Source of the DNA: Candidatus Bathyarchaeota archaeon
Lineage (GTDB): Archaea > Thermoproteota > Bathyarchaeia > Bathyarchaeales > Bathycorpusculaceae
Assembly: GCA_963702095.1 (NCBI GenBank)
Contig: OY969706.1
Coordinates: 2,144,001-2,208,000, forward strand
Reading direction: 5' to 3'
DNA length: 64,000 bases
In this document: one piece after another, positions 20,282 to 31,058 of the stretch
Position numbering within the stretch: the stretch's first letter is position 1
How the letters are laid out: each line of letters begins with the position of its first letter
Made by a program: the position numbers and the translations under genes
The notes under the pieces: generated by a model
Databases searched by the model: none
What the model saw: only the letters and a program-made list of their open reading frames with translations
What the model was told of the DNA's origin: nothing

Positions 20282-21340
20282 CTAAACCTCCAACTCTGAG
20301 TAGTCGCCTACATGCAACTTCAGGGTGCGGTTGCGCTGGTTACGGGTTACTTTCGCGTTTCTACCGATTAAACTCTCTTCAAGCCGTTCAACGTCTCTGA
20401 TGGTAACGTGGTCTTGGACAACACAGTATTCGAGGTTTGAATTGATTATTTTAGTCTCGTCTCCGACGCTTGTGTAGGGTCCGATATAGGAGTGTTCGAT
20501 CAGCACATCCTTTCCGATTATGCACGGTCCACGGATTGTGCTGTCCACGATTTGTGCGTTGGAGTCCACTTTGACTCTCCCATCGACTTTACTGTTAGTT
20601 ATGGTTCCTTTGATGTCCCGCTGTATGTATTCATCAAGTATTCTTGCATTTGCCGATAAGATGTCGTCTTTTTTGCCAGTGTCAAGCCACCAGGAATTAA
20701 GAATCTCTGCTTTAACGGAAAAGCCCATGTTTATCATTTCTTGTATGGCATCAGTGATTTCAAGTTCTCCGCGCCAAGAAGGCTTAATCCGCTCAATTGC
20801 TTCATGGATTTTATTTGAGAATAAATAGGTACCTATGATAGCGAGGTTTCCTATGGATGTTTTGGGTTTTTCGACCAGTCGCACGATGTTGCCTTTTTCG
20901 TCCAGTTGTGCTATGCCAAAACTCGACGGGTTTTCTACCTCTTTTAAGATGATGAGGGCGTCGAGGTGTTCATTCTTGAATTTTTTGACAAAAGTCTGCA
21001 ATCCTTGACCTGTGACGTTGTCGCCAAGGCACATAACAAAGGAATCTTTTGCCAAAAAACGCTTAGCAGTCTTTACTGCATGCGCTAAACCCAACGGTTC
21101 CTGAGGAATATAGCAGACATTAAGACCCCAGTTTACCCCATCAGCCACATAGTCCTCGACATAATGCCCTGTTTCAGGGGCCGTTATGATGCCTATTTTT
21201 TTTATGCTAGTTGCTGCCACCTGATCCAAAACGTATCCCAAGATGGGTTTGTTAGCTACGGGGATAAGCTGTTTAGCGCAGGTAAAGGTTAGTGGACGGA
21301 GTCGAGTACCTTTGCCGCCGCTGAGAACAAGTGCTTTCAT
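20282..21340 (-). CDS. rmlA: glucose-1-phosphate thymidylyltransferase (long form)
   Basis: GGKGTRLRP, KQLIPVANKP, RGELEITD and WLDTG motifs, plus C-terminal beta-helix. Confidence 0.93.
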   Translation of the reverse strand: MKALVLSGGKGTRLRPLTFTCAKQLIPVANKPILGYVLDQVAATSIKKIGIITAPETGHYVEDYVADGVNWGLNVCYIPQEPLGLAHAVKTAKRFLAKDSFVMCLGDNVTGQGLQTFVKKFKNEHLDALIILKEVENPSSFGIAQLDEKGNIVRLVEKPKTSIGNLAIIGTYLFSNKIHEAIERIKPSWRGELEITDAIQEMINMGFSVKAEILNSWWLDTGKKDDILSANARILDEYIQRDIKGTITNSKVDGRVKVDSNAQIVDSTIRGPCIIGKDVLIEHSYIGPYTSVGDETKIINSNLEYCVVQDHVTIRDVERLEESLIGRNAKVTRNQRNRTLKLHVGDYSELEV

Positions 21341-21774
21341 AGTCAGTCACTAACTAAATTTTAGTATAACCGATAATATTAACTTTAAAAAAAATAGTGG
21401 CTTACGCGAATTAAAACATCTTTTTTCAAATTGTTGTTGTGCAGGGACAATCACATAACGCTATAAACTAACAAGCAATAACTCTCTTCAAGGATTTTTA
21501 GATATAATTCGTTTTTAGGAGCATAAAGAATGAAAAACAGCATTCTTAATTTATTAACAGTGCATCGGGGAAAATGTAAATTCTCACGATCATGCGATTT
21601 CTTTTCGAGGTCAAGTTACACTTGTATGCATGCTGGTGGAGATTACTGTGGCAAGTACCGAATACTAAGCCGTTCTGACAAGGGAAAAGCAGCTAGACAC
21701 AGAAACAAGAGTTTGATTGAGGTCTCAGTGTAAGCAGACTTTTGCGGATAAATCCTCTACTGAGACCCTCTGGA

Positions 21775-23343
21775 TTATTTAGGCATAAACTTCTCAAGAA
21801 GGTTCAGTATCGCAAAAACGGGTTTTCTCAGAGGGCCAAGTCCGCTTACGATTTGGCGAATACTCGTCAGGTCATTTCTATCTATTGTCCGAGTAACTAC
21901 TGCAATCAATAAGAACACTACCGTAAACACCACAACTCCAATCACCAATTGCACTGGACTACTGAAGGGCAACAAGTTAAGCAAGAGATAAGTCAAGATG
22001 CCTGTAATGCCTGAGGAGAATAAAATCTTTGCCGATGAAGCCCAATCCAAAGATACGCCATAGTGTTGCTTTATGAACCGCAGGCTTAAGAGCAGACTCG
22101 GAACACTGACAATTATGGTTGTTACTATTAAGCCTATAATGCCGAACTGGGAAATCAAAATGAAGCTCAAGGGAAAACCGATTACAACCGTAATTATCGA
22201 GAGTTTAAGCGTATATTTTGTATCACCTTGACTGTTTATGAGGCTTGAGACGCTTAGGCTACCTGCCGCCGCAAAAAGGTAGGTAACCGCCAACAAGGCA
22301 AGAAACAGGGGGGCTTGGAAGTAGCTGTTTTGGAAGATAGTGCTGATTGCCGGTTGAGAAAGAACCATAACCATAACGGTGACAGGCATAACTATGAGTG
22401 CAGAGTACTTGACGGAGTATTGAAAAACGTTCTTGAGAACATCATAATCTTTTCGGTAATTTAGTTTTGAAAAGGCTGGCAGAAGCATTGTTGTCACTGG
22501 AACAGCAAAGAAATTGATTAAGATGACAAAGTTTAAGGCGACTGAGTAATTGCCTATGGCGCTGTTATCGATTACGAAGATTGCCATGATTATGCTGTAG
22601 AACTGGGTTAGAAAACCAGTCAAGATATTGCCTATAGAAAGAGGGAAACCATACTTGAGCATAGTTTTTGTTGTGGACACTAACTCTAATTTTGCGTCCG
22701 TCTGCTTGGGCAGAGAAGCATACATAGTGTACATAAGCAGTAAGCCGGTTATGCCAGCAACTAACACCGCTACGGAGAAACCAACGATTGCACCCAGCGT
22801 TCCTAAGCCTAAAAGTACTAGGCCAATTATGAGGGCAGTTTTAACTAAAGATTGAACAATAAGCATGACACTGTTAAGATGCATTCGCTCCAGACCGGTG
22901 AAAGAGGCGGTTGCAGCATTAACTAGTGCACCGGACAGAATAAACAACGAAGCGACTTGGATTAATTGAACTATAGCTGGTCTTTGGAAGACATCCGCGA
23001 GAAAACCTGAGATAGCAATAGAGAAGACCGTTAACGCTAAACCTAAAATAATTTCGAACAAGACACCCGAAACAAAAATGCTGCGGATTTTGGCAAAGTT
23101 GTTTTCACCGTTGTACTGGGCTGAATATTTCACCATGGCCATGTTGACACCCCAGTCTCGGAATGTAATGATAACGTTAGGCGCTGCCACGGCGATTGCG
23201 TAGATACCCATATTGTCGGTGCCTAATAAATTAGCGATGATTATGGTGGCAACGGCTGAGATAACTGTGGAAACGACAAGGCCCCAGAGCAGGTGAAAGC
23301 CGCCTTTCGCTGAAACCTTAGCCATCTCAGTTGCCTTGCTCAT
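21775..23343 (-). CDS. oligosaccharide flippase (Wzx/MOP family)
   Basis: About 14 TM helices, GNYSVA and LLPAFSKL; glycan cluster context. Confidence 0.85.
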   Translation of the reverse strand: MSKATEMAKVSAKGGFHLLWGLVVSTVISAVATIIIANLLGTDNMGIYAIAVAAPNVIITFRDWGVNMAMVKYSAQYNGENNFAKIRSIFVSGVLFEIILGLALTVFSIAISGFLADVFQRPAIVQLIQVASLFILSGALVNAATASFTGLERMHLNSVMLIVQSLVKTALIIGLVLLGLGTLGAIVGFSVAVLVAGITGLLLMYTMYASLPKQTDAKLELVSTTKTMLKYGFPLSIGNILTGFLTQFYSIIMAIFVIDNSAIGNYSVALNFVILINFFAVPVTTMLLPAFSKLNYRKDYDVLKNVFQYSVKYSALIVMPVTVMVMVLSQPAISTIFQNSYFQAPLFLALLAVTYLFAAAGSLSVSSLINSQGDTKYTLKLSIITVVIGFPLSFILISQFGIIGLIVTTIIVSVPSLLLSLRFIKQHYGVSLDWASSAKILFSSGITGILTYLLLNLLPFSSPVQLVIGVVVFTVVFLLIAVVTRTIDRNDLTSIRQIVSGLGPLRKPVFAILNLLEKFMPK

Positions 23344-23457
23344 CTTTCTCTTCCAGTCCTCGTTTGGTTTTTAAGTTAACTGTTGGTGTTGAGGAGATGT
23401 TTATCGCTTTTGGTTTAAGAAGCTAAATTTTCAGACTATATGAAGCAAAGTTGGGTG

Positions 23458-24690
23458 TTAACGTGTTCCCCATTTTTTGTCTTTCAAGGTTAGCAGACTG
23501 TAGACGAAGATGGGTACGCTGATTAAAGAGAAAATCAACTGGAAAGTAACCCTTGACGTCCATGCATGAGTGTACTTGCGAGCATACAACGCGTATAGCA
23601 ATCCCAGAAGCGATAAACTGAAAATATAGAATACTGTTCCCATCCATCCCCCCTCTATGACAAATGGACAGATAAATAGCATAAATGTTAGAAAACCGTA
23701 ATTCACGAAATGCACAAGAGTACTAAGATAGAAAAAGATGCTTTTAGATTTGCGTTTGTAAGCAAAAGTCATCATGTAGAGGGTTTCACGTATCCAGCTT
23801 TTGGTCCAGCGGACTTGTTGCTTGAGGAATTTCTTGGCAGTGTCTGGAACTTCAGTTCGGGCGACTGCGTCCATCTGATAAACAGCCTCATACCCCTCGC
23901 GAATAATCAAGTTGGTTATTGCACGGTCAACCCCCGCTGTAACCTCTAAGCCCAAGAATTTACCGTAAAGCCACTCATTCTCTATCTCGGGCGTTATAGC
24001 AGAGCGCCGATGAGCTGAAAAAGCCCCCGCACAACAAGACACCATACCTATTTCCGATTCAGCGCCACGGTAAACCCTAAACCCGATGAAATACCAGACT
24101 TCTTGAAATTTTGTGAGAAGATTCTTGCTCCAGTTTTCAACTTGCAAGTGTCCGCTCACTGAGCCAACTTCCGGATTCTTAAACGGTGCAACTACGTTAA
24201 GAAGCGAGTTTTCTTCTAAGATTGTGTCCGAATCCAAGAAGACCATGATTTCACCTGTGGCGTTTTTAATGCCTTCCATGCGAGCGAATTTGTTGCCTCG
24301 GTTTTTTTCAAAGGAAATTATTTTTACTTCTTTTGGGTCAACTATTTTGCTTAGTTGCTTTACGGAGTCATTGGCGCTTCCGTCGTCGACGACTACGATT
24401 TCTTTTTTGCCTGCAGGGTACTTGGCTTTTTGAGTTGACTCTATAACTCGCTTTAAAACGTCGAGGGGTTCGTTGAAAACTGCGAGGACAATGCTGACTT
24501 TGGGTTGATAGTCTGGATCAACGGATACGGATTTGTACTTAACAGATAGGGTCAAAACTATACCAAGCACCACCGACGTCCCGATGGCATAGATAAACAG
24601 GGCGGGATTGTAAATGTGCGCTAACCTGTACAGTAGCAGCAGAACTATAGCGATTATTACTGTTGCAATCAACACTTTCTTATGCTGCAT
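23458..24690 (-). CDS. hyaluronan synthase/NodC-like GT2
   Basis: DDGS, DSDT, SCCAGAFSAHRR, FLG...GVDRAITN, QQVRWTKSWIRE; 2 N-terminal and several C-terminal TM helices. Confidence 0.82.
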   Translation of the reverse strand: MQHKKVLIATVIIAIVLLLLYRLAHIYNPALFIYAIGTSVVLGIVLTLSVKYKSVSVDPDYQPKVSIVLAVFNEPLDVLKRVIESTQKAKYPAGKKEIVVVDDGSANDSVKQLSKIVDPKEVKIISFEKNRGNKFARMEGIKNATGEIMVFLDSDTILEENSLLNVVAPFKNPEVGSVSGHLQVENWSKNLLTKFQEVWYFIGFRVYRGAESEIGMVSCCAGAFSAHRRSAITPEIENEWLYGKFLGLEVTAGVDRAITNLIIREGYEAVYQMDAVARTEVPDTAKKFLKQQVRWTKSWIRETLYMMTFAYKRKSKSIFFYLSTLVHFVNYGFLTFMLFICPFVIEGGWMGTVFYIFSLSLLGLLYALYARKYTHAWTSRVTFQLIFSLISVPIFVYSLLTLKDKKWGTR

Positions 24691-24704
24691 ACCTGCAACC
24701 AGCC

Positions 24705-25556
24705 CTAGGACCCACGCTGCTTTACCAGTGGCACAAGCGGCGCTGGCTCAAGGGGCTTCTTTTGTTGACAGAAATGTTGCACGTAGGCATCGTTTGTCTG
24801 CATGGCTCCTTTCAAGAGTCCAAACTCAGAGGACAAGTTTGATAGAAAAGCGGTGTCTTTGGGGAGACATTCTTTGCCGATTCCGTCGCGTGCCTCAAGC
24901 AGTTTAACGTTCCACTTTGTGTTTATGGCTTCTCGCCATTCCTCAAAGTCCAAGCCGTTTTTGCTTGCGATGAGTTTGAGTTCCTCAACAAATGCTATTT
25001 CAACGTAGCGGTGAGCATTTTCAGCAATTTTGCTTGCTTCGGCTATTTCTAAAGTAGACACTAAATGTACGGGAATTTCGAGTTTACTGTAGAACTCCAT
25101 GGCTTTCCGGAGGGTCTCAACGTCGTAAGCGCCTAAAACCCGGATTTGTTTGACGCCATGGTTTTCTTGGTCATCTTCCCACCATCGATGGGGGCAAACT
25201 GCGACGAAGCTTAGACCATGTTTCAAACTCATTTTCCTTGCTGTTCCCACAGCGAGGGTTGATTCGAAACAGACTAATGCGTCATTGTTCAAGGCGCTGA
25301 TTTGCCTGCAACAACTATCGATGGCGGACATATCGATCATGCCGTTTCGGTAATAAGTATTAACGCAGACGACATAGACGTCGGCGCGTTGGGGAACAGT
25401 AGAAGAGTCCACGCCATTGTTTAGAGCACGCACTATAGCCTGCTGGTTAATGTCAAATCCGATAACGTGCGGAAAGTATTTCAATGCATACCGTGCAACA
25501 GGCAAGCCGATATTGCCGAGACCCATTATACATACAGTCACTTTCAATCCAGCCAT
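24705..25556 (-). CDS. short NDP-sugar dehydrogenase (WecC/TviB-like; lacks the C-terminal domain)
   Basis: GLGNIGLP, EST, KIAEN and GIGKECLPKD motifs; only 283 aa. Confidence 0.78.
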   Translation of the reverse strand: MAGLKVTVCIMGLGNIGLPVARYALKYFPHVIGFDINQQAIVRALNNGVDSSTVPQRADVYVVCVNTYYRNGMIDMSAIDSCCRQISALNNDALVCFESTLAVGTARKMSLKHGLSFVAVCPHRWWEDDQENHGVKQIRVLGAYDVETLRKAMEFYSKLEIPVHLVSTLEIAEASKIAENAHRYVEIAFVEELKLIASKNGLDFEEWREAINTKWNVKLLEARDGIGKECLPKDTAFLSNLSSEFGLLKGAMQTNDAYVQHFCQQKKPLEPAPLVPLVKQRGS

Positions 25557-25726
25557 CCGAGTGTGCCTTCACTATATTGTTATGAAAATAAATATTTATT
25601 GTAAGCTTGTATCTACAGATATGTATGCACTTTGGCGCTAAACGGATTAATTTATTTTCAAAAGTATTTTCTCAACCAATTAAATCCATCAGTTAATAAA
25701 GGAAAAGAAAGCTGCCTCCATACCTG

Positions 25727-27070
25727 TTACTGCCCCAAACCAATTGCAAGGTAATTGAGTTTATCCCTAAACAATTCAGGGTTAAAGATGCGTCGACCAT
25801 CCACTATATTTGGCTGTTTCATAGCGGCTAAGAAATCTTGAGGAGTCAAACTTTTGAATTCCGGCCACTCAGTCACAATTATGCAGCCGTCCGCACCTTT
25901 CAAACAATCAATCGCTGAGACGGCGTAGGCAATTTTGTCTTGGAAAACTGCTTTTGCAGTTTGCTCAGCAACAGGGTCGTATGCAGTTACCACCGCTTCT
26001 TCTGTCAACAGTTGATTGATTATGGGGATGACCCGTGCTTCACGCATGTCGTCTGTGTTCGGCTTAAACGCTAAACCTAGAATCGCGATTTTTTTGCTCT
26101 TCAAATCACCAAGTTGCTGCTTGCACAGTTCCACGGCTTTAAGCGGCTGATGCTTGTTAACTTTCTCCACTGAATCTAGCAGTTCAGGCGTGTAACCGAA
26201 TTGTTTAGCGCACGCAATCAGGGCTTTGACATCTTTGGGAAAGCAGGAACCGCCGTACCCTAAGCCTGCATCAAGGAAAAGGGGTCCAATTCGTTTGTCT
26301 AAACCCATGGCTGTCGCCACAACTCTGACGTCCGCACCCGGAATTTCCTCACATATATTAGCGATGGTGTTTATGAAGCTGATTTTTGTGGCAAGCATGG
26401 CGTTGCTGGCATATTTTATAAGTTCAGCTGTTGAGAGGGTCGTTCGAATTATCGGCGGCACATGGGCGCTGTAGAAGTCCCGGTAGAGTTCTTCAAGTTT
26501 GTCAGCTGCGGTTTTGTCTTGTGAACCTATGACTACGCGGTCGGCGTTTAAGGTGTCATGGAAAGCTGAGCCTTGACGTAGGAACTCGGGGTTCATGCAT
26601 AAACCGAAGTGTTCACCGCATTTTTTACCTGATTCCTTCTCGAGAATGGGCAGGACCACGTTTTGGGTTGTTCCAGGTATGACAGTGCTTTTTATGATGA
26701 CGATGTGGTAGCGGTTTTTTTGTTTGAGGGCTTTGCCTATGCCTGTTGCCGCGTTTTCTATGTATTTGAGGTCTATACTGCCGTCTGAGTTACTGGGTGT
26801 ACCTACCGCCACGTAGGTGAAGTCAGTTTCCATTACTGCTTTATCTATCTCGTTAACTAAACCGCTAAGATTTCCTTTCCAGATAATTTCAGATAACTTC
26901 TCCTGCAGTTCAGGCTCAAAAAAAGGCGGAATTCCCTCATTGATTTTGCCGATTTTTTCGGCGTCAATGTCACATGCAATAACCGAGTAACCTTTACTTG
27001 CTAAACCCACTGAAGTACATAAACCGACATAGCCTACACCGATAACTGAAATTCTAAAGTGTTTACTCAA
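25727..27070 (-). CDS. ugd: UDP-glucose 6-dehydrogenase
   Basis: GVGYVG, KSTV, PEFLR, GYGGSCFPKD and FKPNTDDMRE motifs. Confidence 0.93.
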   Translation of the reverse strand: MSKHFRISVIGVGYVGLCTSVGLASKGYSVIACDIDAEKIGKINEGIPPFFEPELQEKLSEIIWKGNLSGLVNEIDKAVMETDFTYVAVGTPSNSDGSIDLKYIENAATGIGKALKQKNRYHIVIIKSTVIPGTTQNVVLPILEKESGKKCGEHFGLCMNPEFLRQGSAFHDTLNADRVVIGSQDKTAADKLEELYRDFYSAHVPPIIRTTLSTAELIKYASNAMLATKISFINTIANICEEIPGADVRVVATAMGLDKRIGPLFLDAGLGYGGSCFPKDVKALIACAKQFGYTPELLDSVEKVNKHQPLKAVELCKQQLGDLKSKKIAILGLAFKPNTDDMREARVIPIINQLLTEEAVVTAYDPVAEQTAKAVFQDKIAYAVSAIDCLKGADGCIIVTEWPEFKSLTPQDFLAAMKQPNIVDGRRIFNPELFRDKLNYLAIGLGQ

Positions 27071-27163
27071 CCCTTAAACCCACCAGATGACCTTAACTCA
27101 GAGTTTAGTTATAACATTAAATATATATCGGTTAAGATAAGAAAAGAAGAGAAGTGGACAGCG

Positions 27164-28033
27164 ATGGTTCAGAAAGTAATCATTCCAGCGGCAGGATTAG
27201 GAACACGACTGTTTCCAGCAACCAAGGAACAGCCTAAAGAAATGTTGCCAATATTCTCAAAAACAGCCCTTAGTGACATGACGGTTAAGCCCGTTGTGCA
27301 ACTTGTGTTTGAAGAGTTGCATGAAGCGGGGTTAAGGGAATTCTGTTTTGTTGTAGGACGAGGCAAACGTGGCATAGAAGACCATTTCACACCCGACGTT
27401 GACTGCATAAGAACCCTCGAGGGTATGGGAAAAAGTGGACAGGCCTCCGATTTGGAGGGGTTTTACAGTAAACTTGAAACTTCAACCATTATGTGGGTTA
27501 ACCAGCCTGAACCCAAGGGATTCGGTAACGCAGTGTTGATGGCTCAGCCCTTTGTTCAGAATGAAAGCTGTTTAGTTCACGCTGGAGATAGCTGTATTAT
27601 ATCCAAGAACATGGATTACGCAAAAAAACTACTTGAGGGTTTCGAGCACTTCAATGCAGACGCAGCCTTTTTGGTCTTAGAGATTGAAAATCCAAAACAA
27701 TATGGGATTGTAGTGGGTCAAGAAGTTGAGCAGGGTTATATAAAAGTAGAATCAGTGGAAGAAAAACCAGAAAAGCCTAAAACCAATTTGGCAATCATGG
27801 CGATGTATGTATTTCGCCCCGTAATTTTTAAAGCATTAGAAGCGACCAAACCGGGAAAAAACGGTGAAATCCAGTTAACGGATGCCATCCAGAAACTGGT
27901 GGATTGGGGACTCAAAGTATACGCAGTTAAACTCGATAAATCCTATGAGCATTTAGATATTGGTAGCCCCGAAAGATACTGGTCAGCCCTGGAATTATCG
28001 TACAATCAATTTTGTAAGAGAACAAAACAATGA
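27164..28033 (+). CDS. galU: UTP-glucose-1-phosphate uridylyltransferase
   Basis: PAAGLGTRLFPATK..PKEMLP, EKP and GEIQLTDA motifs; likely ATG at 27164. Confidence 0.9.
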   Translation: MVQKVIIPAAGLGTRLFPATKEQPKEMLPIFSKTALSDMTVKPVVQLVFEELHEAGLREFCFVVGRGKRGIEDHFTPDVDCIRTLEGMGKSGQASDLEGFYSKLETSTIMWVNQPEPKGFGNAVLMAQPFVQNESCLVHAGDSCIISKNMDYAKKLLEGFEHFNADAAFLVLEIENPKQYGIVVGQEVEQGYIKVESVEEKPEKPKTNLAIMAMYVFRPVIFKALEATKPGKNGEIQLTDAIQKLVDWGLKVYAVKLDKSYEHLDIGSPERYWSALELSYNQFCKRTKQ

Positions 28034-29043
28034 TAGATAGAATAATCAGCGAAGAAATAGAAGGCATTCGAAACGCCGTTAAAGAAGACGCCTTCGCAGG
28101 CAAGAATGTGCTTGTTACTGGCGGCGCAGGATTCATTGGCAGTTGGCTCTGTGACGTCCTAATCAGGTTTGGCGCAAGCGTAACAGTAGTCGATAACTTT
28201 TCTACCGGACGAATAAAAAACATTGACCATCTAATATCAAGCAATAACTTTAAGCTAATCAACGCAGACATCTGTGATTTCGCCGCCGACCAAAAGATCG
28301 ATTTTATCTTTCACATGGCAGCCCATGCCTCACCTGACGAGTACATGGCACACCCGATTGATACATTGCATACTAGCGCATTCGGTACCCAAAAAATCGC
28401 TGAATTAGCCAGAAAAAACGATGCAGCACTCCTGTTTGCGTCAACTTCTGAGGTTTATGGCGACGCTGAAATCGTGCCGACCCCTGAGACTTACTGGGGA
28501 AGAGTTAACCCGATTGGTCCCCGTTCCTGCTATGATGAGGGGAAACGTTTTGCTGAAGCTCTGTTAATGGCTTATGTTAAACAGTATGGGTTGAAAGTTA
28601 GGATGTCAAGAATTTTTAATTCTTATGGTCCACGCCTGCGAGAAGATGGATTGTATGGAAGGGCTTTGTCACGGTTTGTGCTTCAAGCGTTGACTGGTCA
28701 GCCGATTACTGTTTATGGGGATGGAAAGCAGACTCGATCTTTCTGTTACATTAGCGATACGGTGACTGGGCTGTTACTGTTAGCCGCTAATCAAAAGGCA
28801 GAGGGCGAAGTTGTGAACGTTGGCAGCACAGAGGAAATCACCATTTTAGAGTTAGCTCATAAGATTCAAGAATTAACCAGGTGCCGATCAACCATAACGT
28901 TTAGTCCGTTGCCTAAGGATGATCCAATGAGGCGTTGTCCCGATACTGCTAAACTTGAAAACTTAGTCGGCTGGAGGGCTGGCGTCGGGTTTGAGGATGG
29001 ATTAAAACGGACTATTACGTGGTTTGCTGACAAGTCGTTTTAG
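28030..29043 (+). CDS. UDP-glucuronate decarboxylase (UXS family)
   Basis: GGAGFIG, STSEVYG, YWGRVNPIGPRSCYDEGKR and DDP.RR.PD motifs. Confidence 0.9.
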   Translation: MIDRIISEEIEGIRNAVKEDAFAGKNVLVTGGAGFIGSWLCDVLIRFGASVTVVDNFSTGRIKNIDHLISSNNFKLINADICDFAADQKIDFIFHMAAHASPDEYMAHPIDTLHTSAFGTQKIAELARKNDAALLFASTSEVYGDAEIVPTPETYWGRVNPIGPRSCYDEGKRFAEALLMAYVKQYGLKVRMSRIFNSYGPRLREDGLYGRALSRFVLQALTGQPITVYGDGKQTRSFCYISDTVTGLLLLAANQKAEGEVVNVGSTEEITILELAHKIQELTRCRSTITFSPLPKDDPMRRCPDTAKLENLVGWRAGVGFEDGLKRTITWFADKSF

Positions 29044-29534
29044 TGGTTTTGGGTTGTTAATGTGGTCTGTTTATAGGCCTTGTTTGTACCCCTATATGGG
29101 GCTGGTGGGTGGTTGGCTTGTGTTGGTTTTGTGCGGCGGGTAGGTAAGGCTTGTGTGGTTTTGGCGAGTCTAACTGCGGCTGAGGCGGATGGAGTGACGC
29201 TTAGGTTTTATGTTGCCCACTTGATTCCCTCGAAGAGGATACGGTTCACTGCATTAACCAATTAGAACAGAAAGAGTGCCCAAAGAGTTCTACCACCCAA
29301 ACTGAAATCCAACATAACAGCCTTAACTTGTTAACTGCCCAAGCAAACTGGCGGAAAAAGAACTGCTTTAAAACCGATTTCATTTTTGTTGTACCGCTAC
29401 AACCACTCACATATTTTAAGGCAGCCATCAACTAGAAATGTTGGAATCCCCCTCACCCTGCACCCAGAAAACGGCTTCTAAAGAAAAAATGCGGCTCGGC
29501 AGTTACACATGCTAGGATTCTGAATTGTTTTTAG

Positions 29535-31058
29535 GTGAAGACACTTTTGCGTAATTATCCTATCAAAAGCTTAACCATAACGCTAATTGGCTTCTTGATC
29601 GTTTGCTGCTTTGGCACAAGTTTCTGCGGTTCAACAGAAGAAAACGCCACCAGCGACTCCTCAGCCTTCTGGCTAAACCTAGCCAACAACGCATGGAACT
29701 ACTTCCAACCCGGAGCAGGCATAAACCCCACCACGGGACTACCCCAAAACGGCGTCGGAGCAACCTACTTCACCGACTGGGACACAGGACTCTACATCCA
29801 AGCAATAATAGACATGGAGCAACTGGGTCTGCTAAGTAGCGGTAGCATATGGGGTGCAGACGACCGAATCAATAGGGTGCTGACTTTTCTGGAAACCCGC
29901 CCGTTGATGGCTGACGGTTTACCCTACCTTGCATACAACTCTTCCACCGGCAAAGAAGCTGATAAAACGCAGCAGGTTGCCACAGACGAAGGAAACCTCT
30001 TTGTCGCCCTAAAAAACCTTGAAACCGCCAAACCAGCCCTAAAACCCCGAATCGACAACATTGTCTACAACCTAACCAACTACACCCGACGTGAAATCTC
30101 AATCGATATCGTACTTGGCCAACTGCAAAAAGGCACACGACCACTAAACAGTTACGACTTCTATGTAACTTACGGGTTTGCAGGATATTGGCCTCAAAGG
30201 TTTAGCGCTGAAGCAGACGCCATCCTCAACCTTACGGTTACTGCGCCCAAAATAAACTATCAGGGAATAGAATTGCCTGCTGTGAAAATAGTCTCAGAGC
30301 CGCTGTTGCTCTCAATCTTTAACCTTCCTCAAGTTGACTCGCGGGTTGTGGCTTTGATGAAGCAGGCGTATTTGGCTCAGGAGGCACGTTATAACTTGAC
30401 AGGTAAGTTTACTGCTTTCAGTGAAGGCCCAGCAAATGGCTTGTTTGTGTGGGAGTGTGTGGCAATGCCTGATGGTCGCATGTGGGTAGTGCAGACCGGC
30501 GACTGTAACGATGTAGATACAGATGTGGATGTGACGCCGGTTGTGTTTTTGAAGGCGGCACTTGGGTTTTTAGCTGTTTATAATACGCCGTACGCTCGGG
30601 AGATGGTTAGTTATTTGCTTGAGCGGCAGCCATCGATTTCATTGGGCTACTACACAGGGAGTAACGAGGACGGTAACGTCATCACTGGGTCGAGGGATGT
30701 GGGCAACGCTTTAATTATCAGCGCATCAAAATACGCCATCAACAACCAAGTCTATGTGCCATTATCCGTCTATCCCCCACCTACAGGTACCCCTTCAATG
30801 ATCCCTGCCAATCCAAACCCAACCATCAGCAGCGCCCAATCCACAAAGTCAAGTCCATCACCTTCCAATACACTTAACCCTTCCGCAACATCGGTCAATC
30901 CAACTCAGGTTTTGCCCACCAACAATCTAAACCAAACGCCTATCCCTGTGCATGCACAAAATGCACTTTATGTGGCTTCTGCCTCAGCAGTCATAGGGTT
31001 ACTGGTTATTGTTAGTGTTTGGTATTTGAGGAAGGTTAAGTTGTCTGTTTTTGTTTAG
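29535..31058 (+). CDS. surface-anchored DUF3131-like protein (putative glycoside hydrolase/transglycosylase)
   Basis: Signal peptide, AWNYF, TDWDTG, SEP and AFSEG motifs; Pro/Ser/Thr linker and C-terminal TM helix with basic tail. Confidence 0.65.
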   Translation: MKTLLRNYPIKSLTITLIGFLIVCCFGTSFCGSTEENATSDSSAFWLNLANNAWNYFQPGAGINPTTGLPQNGVGATYFTDWDTGLYIQAIIDMEQLGLLSSGSIWGADDRINRVLTFLETRPLMADGLPYLAYNSSTGKEADKTQQVATDEGNLFVALKNLETAKPALKPRIDNIVYNLTNYTRREISIDIVLGQLQKGTRPLNSYDFYVTYGFAGYWPQRFSAEADAILNLTVTAPKINYQGIELPAVKIVSEPLLLSIFNLPQVDSRVVALMKQAYLAQEARYNLTGKFTAFSEGPANGLFVWECVAMPDGRMWVVQTGDCNDVDTDVDVTPVVFLKAALGFLAVYNTPYAREMVSYLLERQPSISLGYYTGSNEDGNVITGSRDVGNALIISASKYAINNQVYVPLSVYPPPTGTPSMIPANPNPTISSAQSTKSSPSPSNTLNPSATSVNPTQVLPTNNLNQTPIPVHAQNALYVASASAVIGLLVIVSVWYLRKVKLSVFV

